The notes below the pieces were generated by a model, which worked only from the letters and a program-made list of their open reading frames with translations, did no database searches and was not told where the DNA came from. This document shows, in pieces, positions 1 to 10,439 of a DNA stretch of 36,733 bases (position 1 is the stretch's first letter; each line of letters starts with the position of its first letter). The position numbers and the translations under genes are program-made. The stretch covers positions 9,194,975-9,231,707 of the forward strand of contig NC_069008.1 of the NCBI RefSeq assembly GCF_001194135.2. The letters are read 5' to 3'. Source of the stretch: Octopus bimaculoides (lineage: Eukaryota).

Positions 1-205
1 GTGTCTCTAAAAAAAATTCACGGTAATCCTTGGCCATGCGACACCAAAAATCAACGATAAGAAAGGCACTTACGAATTCATCGGCATCCATTTTAGAGAA
101 AAATTTGTAGTTTAGAATCAGTGGTTCTTTGACTGCTGTTTCTGAATTTTCAGTATGTTGGAGAAGCAACTCAATTGCTAATCCCTTATATTTATGATGA
201 TAAAT

Positions 206-207
<2 letters not shown>

Positions 208-241
<34 letters not shown>
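208..241. repeat. (TA)n microsatellite
   Basis: Perfect TA run. Similar TA/CA/TG runs recur throughout the window (e.g. ~10246, ~12810, ~16652, ~19560, ~23450, ~33260). Confidence 0.95.
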
Positions 242-242
<1 letters not shown>

Positions 243-325
243 CGTGTGCAGAAAAAGCTCACTTGAAAATGGTGATGGTTTTTATAAGTGTCATGATCAA
301 TGAAAATTGAAGATATTATATACAA

Positions 326-1525
326 TTGAGGTTGTCAAGAAAGTTCTTGCGGAATTTTTAATTTTGGTTTTAAATGATGCATTTTCAAATTAATTTTCGT
401 TAAATTACTTTGACTTTATATACCATTTTAAAGCCCATTTTTTGCTCTATCTAATTGTGTTACTCTTTTTCTTTTTGAATTATTAGGCCATTTTTTCCGG
501 AACATTGAATACAACATGGACAAAAAGCAAATTCGCACAATTTTGTTATTCCAGTTCAAGCTAGGCCGAAAAGCTGCTGAAACAGCTTACAATATCAACA
601 ATGTGTTTGGCCCAGGAACCACTAATGAACGTACAGCACAATGGTGGTTCAAGAAATTTTGTAGCGGTGACGAGAGTCTTGAAGATGATAAGCATAGTGG
701 CCGGCCATCGGATGTTGACAACGATCAACTAAGAGCCTTAGTGGAAGCCAATCCACACACATCTGTTCGCGAGCTTGCTTCTGAATTAGATGTAATGCAT
801 ACGACAATTTCCAACCACTCGAAAGAGACTGGAAAGACAAAAATACTTGAGAAATGGGTGCCGCATGAATTGAACGACAACCCAAAAAACGCTGTTTTGA
901 AGTGTCATCTTCCCTTCTTTTACACAAGAATGACCCATTTCTCAACCGTATTGTGACTTGCGATGAAAAGTGGATTCTTTACAACAACCGGTGACGCTCA
1001 GCTCACTGGTTGGATGCCAACGAAGCTCCACAGCACTTCCCGAAGCCAAAAGAAGGTCATGGTGACTGTTTGGTGGTCTGCAGCTGGTCTCATCCGTCAC
1101 AGCATTTTGGATCCAGGTAAAACCGTTACAGCAGAGAAGTAGTCAGCAAATGGATGAAATACATAAGAAACTCCGACAACAACAGCCAGCATTGGTCAAT
1201 AGAAAAGAAGTTGAATGAATTGGACTACGAAACTCTGCCTCATCCGCCATACTCACCAGACTTCTCGCCTACCAACTACCACTTCTTCAAGCATCTCGAC
1301 AACTTCCTGCATGAAAAATGCTTAAAAAACCAAGACAATGACAAACACGCCTTCAACGACTTCATTGCCACCAGAACGCAGAATTTTTTTGCTACTTGTT
1401 TCACATTGGCAGAAGCTTGTTGATTCTGATGGTGTTTATTTCAATTAATAATGTTTTGCTTGAGCTGAGATATGTGCATCTGAATTTAAAGGTTAAAAAC
1501 AGCAAGAACTTTCTTGACAACCTAA
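326..1525 (+). mobile_element. Mariner DNA transposon, Hsmar1-like (cecropia subfamily), defective
   Basis: Perfect 22-bp inverted terminal match AGGTTGTCAAGAAAGTTCTTGC (329-350) / GCAAGAACTTTCTTGACAACCT (1502-1523). The right end is followed by TA; the left TSD is degraded. About 1.2 kb and contains a transposase remnant. Confidence 0.95.
516..1448 (+). pseudogene. Mariner transposase pseudogene
   Basis: MDKKQIR..GRKAAET..WWFKKF..SGRPS..WVPHEL; after a frameshift RIVTCDEKWILYNNR*; KKVMVTVWWSAAG; HPPYSPDFSPTNYHFFKHL; ends LVSHWQKLVDSDGVYFN*. Has frameshifts, a premature TGA, and a deletion of the HDNARPH segment (second catalytic Asp) near 1207. Confidence 0.95.
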
Positions 1526-2265
1526 TATATACTATGAAAAAAGGGAAGCAGCTGAAATTCAGGCGTAGAAAATAAAGTTATCTGCATTTCCATTGTGAGT
1601 TTGATAAACAATGTATTATTTATTTATCTATATTCACTTAGTGAAACCAATACATATAAAAATGTTATAGAATTCTCATTCAAATTATTGATGAGTTGAT
1701 CTTTAATTTTTAGCAAATGGATGTAAATATCAAGTGAACAAAATTCAATACAGATTGAAAACTTAAGATCTATATATATTCATATAAATATATTCACATA
1801 ATTAACATATAAAAATATGTATTATACATACGTATGATATATTAGTGGGATTTTCTTTTTTAATTGGAAAAAAGTAGGACGGACAAAATATAGTTTGTTC
1901 CCCCATTCCTGGAAAAGTGGAGGGGACTGAAACAAGGCCTTTGGTTGTATATCTTTATGTACATATGCATGTGTGACCATGTATGTACAGGTATGCAAGC
2001 ACTGACATAAGCAACATCCAGATATTTGTAGGTATGTGCGTAAATAGGTAATCAGTAATAAAGTCACAATTTTGGCTAGGGAAAAAAGTTACAATTAATT
2101 CATGGGATCTGGACAAAACCCCCTAGAACAAAACTCTCCCAGACAAAACCCCTGTAACTTTATTCTGTGACTTTTTTACCTGGATTCGCGTAAATATGTA
2201 CCTGCATAAATATATATCTCTATCTGTATTATATTAAAACTCAAAATCTGTTTTCCTGCCGTTTG

Positions 2266-2374
2266 ATTAAGAGGATAAAGATTAAGAGGATAAAGATTAA
2301 GAGGATAAAGATTAAGAGGATAAAGATTAAGAGGATAAAGATTAAGAGGATAAAGATTAAGAGGATAAAGATTA
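2266..2374. repeat. Perfect 15-bp minisatellite (ATTAAGAGGATAAAG) x7 plus a partial unit
   Basis: Seven identical tandem units read directly from the sequence. Confidence 0.97.
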
Positions 2375-4318
2375 CAAGTAAAATAGTAATTTCCTCCTTT
2401 AAGAAAAAACAAATCAATTTGAAAATGATGACGTCCTTTTTTTTTTTCTTTTTTCTCTCCTTAATCATTTATGCAACTTTCAGAGTGCTTTGGACTTGAA
2501 AGAGAGAAATTCTCCCTATACTTGAATGGATACATGATTTTTTTTTCAAGGGGAAAATTACTATTTCCTTATTTGGATTAAGTCTTTTTCATTCACAAAA
2601 TGAGCCCCCCACTTAATTTTGCTCAGGTTGCTTTCAATTTTAGTATATCGATGCAACTCTGAATTTGATTATGATCAACCAATTACTTTATCTCATAAAT
2701 TAAAGAATCTGATGTTACTTGGAACTAAAGTTGGGAATTTGAGTAATTTTAGCCAATCAACAGACAGCGTGGCACTAGCATCTTGTTACCATGACAACCG
2801 CATGCTGTGTTGTGGTTCACTGTTGTCTATGTTGACTTTTCACACTTGATTCTTCACACCACGAGATTCTTCCAGCCACATGTTTTGTTTTAATTTTTTT
2901 GCTTGTTAGTATATTACATATTTTTCTGTGCTTCTGTGTGTTTGTATTTCTAAATATTTTTCATTTTATATAATTCTGGGACTCATTGACCCAGATAGCT
3001 GGATTTATGATTTCACTAGGTTAATTCTGTTCCTAAACATTTAAATTAGGAGTATTTCTTAAACTGTTAGCTTCACATTTCAGCAGCTAACTGAAATTTA
3101 GCCCACGTAACAGGAACTGAGCGGGATATCGTGGAACGGAGAAACTGCGGGTGATACAGATAATTTGACATCATTTTTGAATTCTGCATGAGATGCAGGT
3201 GTTCTTTTCCTTGGGACAAATTCTTTGTTGACCAGTGTTATTCTTATCGTAGCATGAAAACCTTACTCACCTTTGGAATTTTGGAGACAGATGCCCCCTT
3301 TTCACACACACACACACACTTGCACTTATATATTAATGATGTACACAAATACATGACAGGTATACATAATACTGAAATACACATAAAGTAAACACATGCA
3401 GACAAATATATTAATATAATAAATTTTAAAAAATAATTAAAAAATACAATCAATGAAGCGACAAAAGAAACAATAAGATGATACATATTGATTTTATTAG
3501 GTATTTCTGTTTATTTAGAAACCTACAATCACCAGGTCAGATGCTAAACTATACATTTCACAGGGTACAACCTTAAAGTTGACACCGCTCTGCTGAACGC
3601 AGGAAATTTCTGTCTCACTATTGGCTAAAACTATTCAGTTTCTTTGATTTTTAAACCCCTGTAACTTTTTTCTCCAATTTTTTTCTCCCCACATCAAACC
3701 TTCAAAGCAATGAAACTGGAAGGCTACATTGTTATAGCCAATTTTCAGATATTTTACTTCCTTTTAAAAAATGCATATATTGCGAATGAAAATAACTAAC
3801 ATTAATCTTTGTAATCTTAATCAAAAGGCAGAAAGACAGACAGAGAGACTGTCTCCTTATAGACCCATGATTCCCAATGTAGGGCATGGTAATATTTTGG
3901 TGGGGCATGCGTAGGGTTATGTTGAATTTACACCTCTTGTACACAATGAACGTGCAACTTTCTGTTTACTATACCAATAGACAAAGGGGTCAATTCGAGA
4001 ATGAAGTATTAACAGTGAGTTGTTTTCTAGTGAGTCTCTGCAAGTGTATGTGTGCACATACAGTATGTAGGTATGCATAAAAAAGTGTGCTGACATTTAT
4101 ATCCCTTATTCAGAAATTTTTGTTTTGAATATTTCTTTAAATAATTTTTAATTATTCAATTATTTTTCAGATTTATTCTAATTACTTGGAATATAAACCC
4201 TTTATGTCCCAATTTGATATTTGAAAAAATAGCTGACAAGCTCTATTAACACGACCAACATATTGGAAAGATTTATTAATAAATTTTATTTCTTTCAGTC
4301 ACAAACTTTGTGCATAAA

Positions 4319-4760
4319 ATGAGTAGTGCAAAAAGAAAAGTTCATCAATATATAAAATTTGGATTTATACCTGCTATCCACGATGAACGGTCACCTTTCA
4401 GTGACTTATGTCACCAACGAATCAATGAAACCAAATTGTCTTGAGTTACATTTGAAGACGAAACAGTGTGTATGTAAATTCAGATTCAAATTACTTCAAG
4501 TCTTTAAAGGAAAAATTTGCAAAAAGATCAACAATAACGTCTCTGTTTACTGCACACCTGTTGTAATCTTGAGGCTAGTTATGAAATTTCATTACTCATT
4601 GCTAAATGTGGAAAAAAATCATACTCATACTATTGGAGAGGATTTAATTAAACCATCAATATCAGCATTTCTTAAAATAGTCCTGGAAAAAAATGACAAA
4701 GTTGTTCAAGCCATGCTACTCAGTAACAATATTGTTATTAGAAGAATAGATGAAATCAGA
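4319..4760 (+). pseudogene. hAT (Buster/Charlie-like) transposase N-terminal fragment
   Basis: MSSAKRKVHQY..KFGFIP, ESMKPNCLELHLKTK, HTIGEDLIKPS and LSNNIVIRRIDE resemble Buster/ZBED5/SCAND3 motifs (ESMKP..L.RHL.TKH; PHTIGE.LIKP; LSNNTV.RRI.EM). Truncated at the start of the fold-back arm. Confidence 0.85.
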
Positions 4761-4764
4761 ATGT

Positions 4765-6730
4765 GAAAAACCAGAATTTCTAAATCTGACAACTTAAACA
4801 ATTGGCACGTCTAATCTTAACCTCAGAACACACTTATTTTCCATATAAATGTGACAAAACACTTTTAATTTGTAACATTATAACGAGTTTTTATGTTCTT
4901 TCAGAAATACTGTGGCTTTTCTTACAGGAAGGCATAAAACGCCACATCATCGCAATCCGACAACATTTGAAATTCACCCATGTTGAATGTGAACCTAAGA
5001 AATCAGTTTTATTTTGCAATGTTTCAAAATTTTCAATAATTTTGTAATGATGAGCAAGATTTTTACTTTTTATGCCTTTAGAAAAATTATTTCTTTTCTG
5101 AAATGTTTGGTAAATAGAATCACCACAGATAGTTGATACAAACAAAAATGAAGTTCAAAAATGGTGAAAGTGGGAAAACAATTTTATTTTGCAATATTAC
5201 CACAATCTAAAAAGATGAAGCTGAACAAACATCACAGATATTTAATATAAACTTGAGTATAGTGTTTACAGGCATAAAACAGTTTGAAGGCATAAGAACG
5301 TAGAACATCTCAAGAGTGAGAGGTATAACACTTTATTTTACAATATGTAAATGAGTTTATGTTTTTCCGTTCCTGTTTTTTTTTAGAAATGCTGTTGTCT
5401 TTTCCTGAAATATTTGGTAAACTTTGCAATAGGAAAATTTTGAGAAAAGGAATGAAATACTAATCGTATTTTTCTTGAAGAAAGGTGCAAAATGAGTATT
5501 TTTCTAAAGGAAATAACGTCGCTAATGTTTAAAACTCTACGGTTATTTATGAAAAATGAAGGAAAAAGCTAAAATTTATTCTTGCAGTCATGTAGTCGTA
5601 GTTTTCTAGAAGAAATAGGTACAAAATGCGTATATTTATGGAAGTAATCAATGTTGCTGATGCGCAGTTGTCAACGGTTATGTATTATTTAATAGAAAGC
5701 CAGAATTTTTGCAGACGTATTTATTTTAAAGGAATTGATGTCGCTAACATCTACGGTTATTTATCAAAAATCACGGAAAGCCATACTTTCGGGGAGTTTC
5801 ACAGATATGTTGAAAATATAGGTACAAAACTCGTATTTTTCTGGAAGGAATTGATGTCGCTAATGTGGAGAAGGCTATGGTAAAAAAATAAGACTGAATT
5901 GATGTCACTAACGTTCAGAAGTTTATGGTTATTTATTAAAAACGAGGCTAAACTATATTTTTGCAGAATTACTAGGTTATAATCGTAGTTTTCTTGAAGA
6001 AATAGCTGCAAAATGCGTATTTTTCTTGAATGCATTGAAATACGCATATTGGAGCTATCTTTAAAGAAAAATACGATTAGATGTGTGCAAAAATATCTAA
6101 TGTTCAGAAGTTTACAGCTGTTTATCAAAAAGGAGGCAAAACTACATTTTTGCACACATTTAAATGTATTTTCCTAGAAAATCGCTGTAAAATGAGTATT
6201 TTTCTTGAACAAATATTGATGTTGCTAATGTGCACATACATGTCCACAATTATTTAATAGAAACGAAGCTGAACTTGTAGGCATGTGTAGGAATTGATGT
6301 CGCTAATGTACACAAGTCGAGTGTCATTTATCAAAAATAAAGCAAACTACAATTGTAGTTTTTTTGAAAAAATAGGTGCAAGTTTTGTTGAAAAGGTTAC
6401 TGTAAAATGCGTACTTCAAATGAAGGAATTGATGTCACTAATGTACTCGAGAGTATGGTTATTTATTGAAAATGAGGCCATTATATTGTTTTTGCAGAAT
6501 TACTAGGTATCTATCTAATCGTAGTTTTCTTGAAGATATAGGTGAAAAATGTGTATTTTTCTAGTAGGGATTGATCTCGGTAATATGCACATGTCGACGG
6601 TTGTGTATCACAAATGAGGTAAAACCATATTTTTGCACATATAGTAATCATACGATCGTATATTTCTTTAAAAAGTTAGTGTAAAATGCATATTCTTCTT
6701 CAAGGAATTCATGCAGATGTCGACAGTTGT
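4765..6730 (+). repeat. Left arm of a long inverted repeat: AT-rich outer segment plus about 11 degenerate 120-145-bp tandem units (GGAATTGATGTCGCTAATGT motif)
   Basis: CTTTTCTGAAATGTTTGGTAAATAG (~5093) is the exact reverse complement of ~9020-9044; ~4770-4808 matches ~9252-9298 inverted. The motif recurs at ~5515, 5731, 5847, 5896, 6215, 6290, 6425 and 6568. Confidence 0.85.
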
Positions 6731-6734
6731 TTAT

Positions 6735-7323
6735 AAACCTAACACTAACTCAAGTTTATGGTTACTTATAATCCTAACCCTAACTCTGCTCCTAACCCTA
6801 ATTCTAACCCTTGCACTAGCCTAGCCCTAACTGTAACTCTAAACTAAACCTTAACCCTAATCCTGACAGAGAAAAAAGAAAACCAAGAGAAAAATTCACC
6901 TTGACCTGAGGCGAAAACAAAAATGACCCTGATGTTGACCATGACCTTGAAACAGACTGACCTGACCCCGCAATTGCTTCAAAAAGTGAAACTGAAGCCG
7001 AAAACAAAAAGGAATACGACCTTAACCGAGACCTCTGACCCAAAACGGACCATGACTCCATACTTTTCTGAGAAAGTGAAACCGAAACAAAAAGACACCT
7101 GATTTTGACCTTGAAATCGAAACCGAAACTGACCCCCGACTTTGGCCCCGACCCTGACCTCAACCCTAAAACATCCGACCCGACTCCGAACCTTGCTCTG
7201 CGACCTGACCTCAAAGGTTGAATTTTTGTTATCTTGATCCAGAAACTTGACTTGATCTCAATGCACGTTGACCTTTGACTGTAACATTGAATGTGACCTC
7301 GACCTTGACCTGCAACCTAGACC
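6735..7323. repeat. Degenerate telomere-like (CCCTAA) tract grading into 6-bp-period ACCCTG/ACCTTG/ACCGAA repeats
   Basis: CCTAACCCTAAC, CCTAACCCTAATTCTAACCC and CCTTAACCCTAA at 6770-6860. The hexamer periodicity continues up to the gap at 7324. Confidence 0.75.
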
Positions 7324-7459
7324 NNNNNNNNNNNNNNNNNNNNNNNNNNNNNNNNNNNNNNNNNNNNNNNNNNNNNNNNNNNNNNNNNNNNNNNNNNNNN
7401 NNNNNNNNNNNNNNNNNNNNNNNNNNNNNNNNNNNNNNNNNNNNNNNNNNNNNNNNNNN

Positions 7460-9480
7460 GTTAGATGTATACAAAAATGCAGTTTTGCCTTCTTTTGGTG
7501 AGTAACTGCACATTAGCGACATGAGTTCCTTCAAGAAAAATACGCATTCTGCAACTATTTCTTCAAGAAAACTACCATTACATGCCTTGTAATTCTGCGA
7601 AAATAAACTTTAGCCGCGTTTTTAATAAATAACCGTAGACTTGTGCACATTAGCGACAATAAATATGGTTAGATGTATACAAAAATGCAGTTTTGCCTTC
7701 TTTTGGTGAGTAACTGCACATTAGCGACATGAGTTCCTTCAAGAAAAATACGCATTCTGCAACTATTTCTTCAAGAAAACTACCATTACATGCCTTGTAA
7801 TTCTGCGAAAATAAACTTTAGCCGCGTTTTTAATAAATAACCGTAGACTTGTGCACATTAGCGCCATGAATTCTTTGAAGAAAATATACATTTTAGACTA
7901 ATTTCATAAAGAAATATACAATCGGATGCCTACTGCATCTGCAAAAATATGGCTTTGCCTCATTTCTATACATTACCGTCGACATCTGCGCATTTGCAAT
8001 AATTCTTTCAAGAAAAAGATACATTTTGCACCTATTTCTTCTGGAAAGCTACGATTACATTTCCTAATGAGTCTGCAAAAATATAGTTTAGCCATATTTC
8101 TGATAAATAAGCGTGGGCATGTGCACATTAGCGACATCAATTCCTTCCCGAAAAATACGCATTAATTTTTTCATATCTACAAAAATATTATTTTACCTCA
8201 TTTTTGATAAATAACTGTAGGCATGTGCACATTAGCGACATCAATTCCCTACGTCTGCTAAAAGAAAAAAAAATACGCTTACAAGGACCTAGTTAGTAAA
8301 TCTGCAAAAAATTTTTGATAACCATAAATTTGTGCACATTAGCAACATTAATTCCTTCTAGAAAAATACGCACGCATTTTACAGCAATTTATTAAAGAGA
8401 ACTACAAAAGATGCATAGTTAGTCTGCAGTTTACCTCTGTTTTGATAAACTGTAGATTTGTCCACATTAGCAACACCAACTCCTTCCGCAAAAATATGCA
8501 TTTCACACTAATATTTTCAAGAAACCTACGATCAGATGCTTAATAAGTCTGCAAAAACATAGTTTTACCTCACTTTTGATATATAACCGTCCACGCGTGC
8601 ACATCAGCGACATAAATTCCTTCCTTCAAGAAAGAACGCAGGTTTTTTTACTCATTTCTTCTTGAAAACTACAATTAGATGCTTAGTAAGTCTGCAAAAA
8701 TATTGTCTTTACTCCTTTTTGACAAATAACCGTAGACATGTGGACATTAGCGACTGTAATATTTGTTCAAAAATACGTATTTTGCTCCTATTTCTGCAAG
8801 AAAACTACAAATAGATACCTGTTAAGTCTGCAAAAATATAGTGTTGCCTTATTTCGATACATAACCGTAGACCAATTCCTCCAAGAAAATATTTCTTGTC
8901 ATAATGCTATGTAAATACTCATTATAAAGTCATTGAAATATTGCAAAATAAGTGTTTTCCCAATTTCAACAGTTTTTAATTTCCGTTTTATTTGCATCAA
9001 CTAATATCTGTGGAGATTCTATTTACCAAACATTTCAGAAAAGCCACAGTTTTTCTAAATGCATAAATCGGAAAAACTTATTCATCATTATAAAATTATT
9101 GAAAATCTAGAAACATTGCCAAATGGAACTGAATTCTTAGGTTCACATTAAACATTGATGAATTTCAAGTTGTTTTGCTTTACCTTTTTATATTGTGATG
9201 TGGTGTTTTATACATTAAACAATCGCTGTGATGATTATATTTATTGATCCTGTGCCAATTTCAAGTCGTCAGATTTAGAAGTTCTTGGGTTTTTTTTTTA
9301 TTACCAGCTGTGAAGATTCACATTTCAGAAAAGCTATAGTATTTCTAAGCAAAGCAAATTGTGAAAACTCCTACTCCTGGATGTGAAATTGTTTACACAT
9401 TGCAAAATAAAATGTTTTCAGTTTCTCTGGACTCTATACATTAAGTATAACTTTTTACAAATTAAATATAGACAGTTCCA
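7460..9480 (-). repeat. Right arm of the long inverted repeat (reverse-complement tandem units CACATTAGCGACATCAATTCC plus outer segment)
   Basis: The motif recurs at ~7511, 7650, 7718, 7857, 8127, 8231, 8339, 8466, 8604 and 8746. 8930-9300 is inverted-homologous to ~4770-5200. Confidence 0.85.
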
Positions 9481-9760
9481 ATAAATTTTGATTAAATTCT
9501 TCAGAATGGCTCTCATGTTCTTAGGCTCATTTTTGTTACGTGTCTCCACAAATAGGAGGAATTCAAGCATTCTGCCTTAGTGCCCTTTGGAATTACAGGC
9601 AAAGTCTGACAAAAGAGTCCCAAGAATACAGTGATAACCCCGCCTATTAATAATTTAAAATTTCTTAAATCTTGCAAGCTTTGATCCAGAGCTTCCCAAG
9701 ATATTTTGTTGGCCATCGTACATTCATCCAAAATAATGAGATGAAACTTCTGCAGAATTC
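9470..9760 (-). pseudogene. Helitron Rep/helicase (PIF1-like) fragment
   Basis: LIILDECTMANKISWEALDQSLQDLRN..GGVITVFLGLFCQTLPVIPKGT..CLNSSYLWRHV..LRT(N)MRA matches the PIF1 Walker B region and the GDFRQ.LPV segment of Helitron RepHel. Confidence 0.9.
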
Positions 9761-9976
9761 GTCCTTCTTCTCCTACTCTGTCTTCAGTGCTGCTATAAGC
9801 ATTCACGACGGTAGAATGGTTATTTAACGTCTCACCAAAAATGTGTAAGCCTATTCTATTATTTCAAACTATGGAATATCACTTTCTGTGATTCAAAGTC
9901 TTCAGATGTTTATAAATTTTAATATCCTAACTATGATAGATTCCTTTATCGTAAGTACATAATGTTTTATAGATAG

Positions 9977-10005
9977 ATTAGCAGAGATACCTGGCGTTGC
10001 TCGGG
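9977..10005 (-). mobile_element. Helitron 3' terminus (subterminal hairpin plus degenerate CTAG|T)
   Basis: Minus strand reads CCCGAGCAACGCCAGG-TATCTCTG-CTAA|T, a GC hairpin about 10 nt before a CTRR-like end followed by T. Confidence 0.65.
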
Positions 10006-10028
10006 ATTAAAATGGTATAGTTTATATA

Positions 10029-10170
10029 TCCTTTCTACTGGAAGCACAAGGCCTCAAATTCAGGAGTAGGGATTAAGTCGATTACATCAACCCCAATGCG
10101 TAACTGGTACTAATTTTATCGACCCCGAAAGGATGAAAGGCAAAATTAAAGAAATATAAGCAAATGGACG
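10029..10170 (-). mobile_element. tRNA-derived SINE fragment (same family as 11553-11717)
   Basis: Reverse-complement similarity to the 11553 copy (GGGGTCGAT..AAGTACCAGTT.CG.A.TG.GGT.GAT; CCTTGTGC..TAGAAAG). Confidence 0.8.
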
Positions 10171-10241
10171 AAATAGAAGCACATGTATGGAACTGCTAAT
10201 TTAACGGTAAATGTCACAATAATTATTACAGAGAGACAAAG

Positions 10242-10277
<36 letters not shown>

Positions 10278-10439
10278 GATAAATTTCTTAATGTAAGGGT
10301 AAATATGTAATTATAAATACCTTGCAACTGCTGCAATAATTATTAACTGGTCATAGAAATAGTAAATGTGTATTTTTATATATACCTTGGACCTTGTCAC
10401 TTCATTGTTTTTTCATGAGTTTCACCTTTAGAACTCATA

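Noticed and set aside
2110-2156. Three GACAAAAC(C/T)C-type repeats as transposon subterminal repeats
   Set aside because: No matching inverted partner or TSD was found in the window.
2176-2499. Three overlapping ORFs with pentapeptide repeats
   Set aside because: Produced by the stop-free 15-bp minisatellite.
6816-7214. 132-aa Ser/Gly/Arg-rich ORF on the minus strand
   Set aside because: A by-product of the hexamer periodicity, with no domain motifs or splice support.
6735-7460. Telomere-telomere chromosome fusion site at the centre of the inverted repeat
   Set aside because: A fusion gives (TTAGGG)n then (CCCTAA)n on the plus strand. Here the left arm is followed directly by CCCTAA, the wrong polarity, and the gap hides the rest.
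7460-7863. Identical 196-bp tandem duplication (7460-7655 and 7668-7863)
   Set aside because: It starts at the gap edge and is identical while neighbouring units are diverged, so it is most likely a contig-end or gap-filling artefact.
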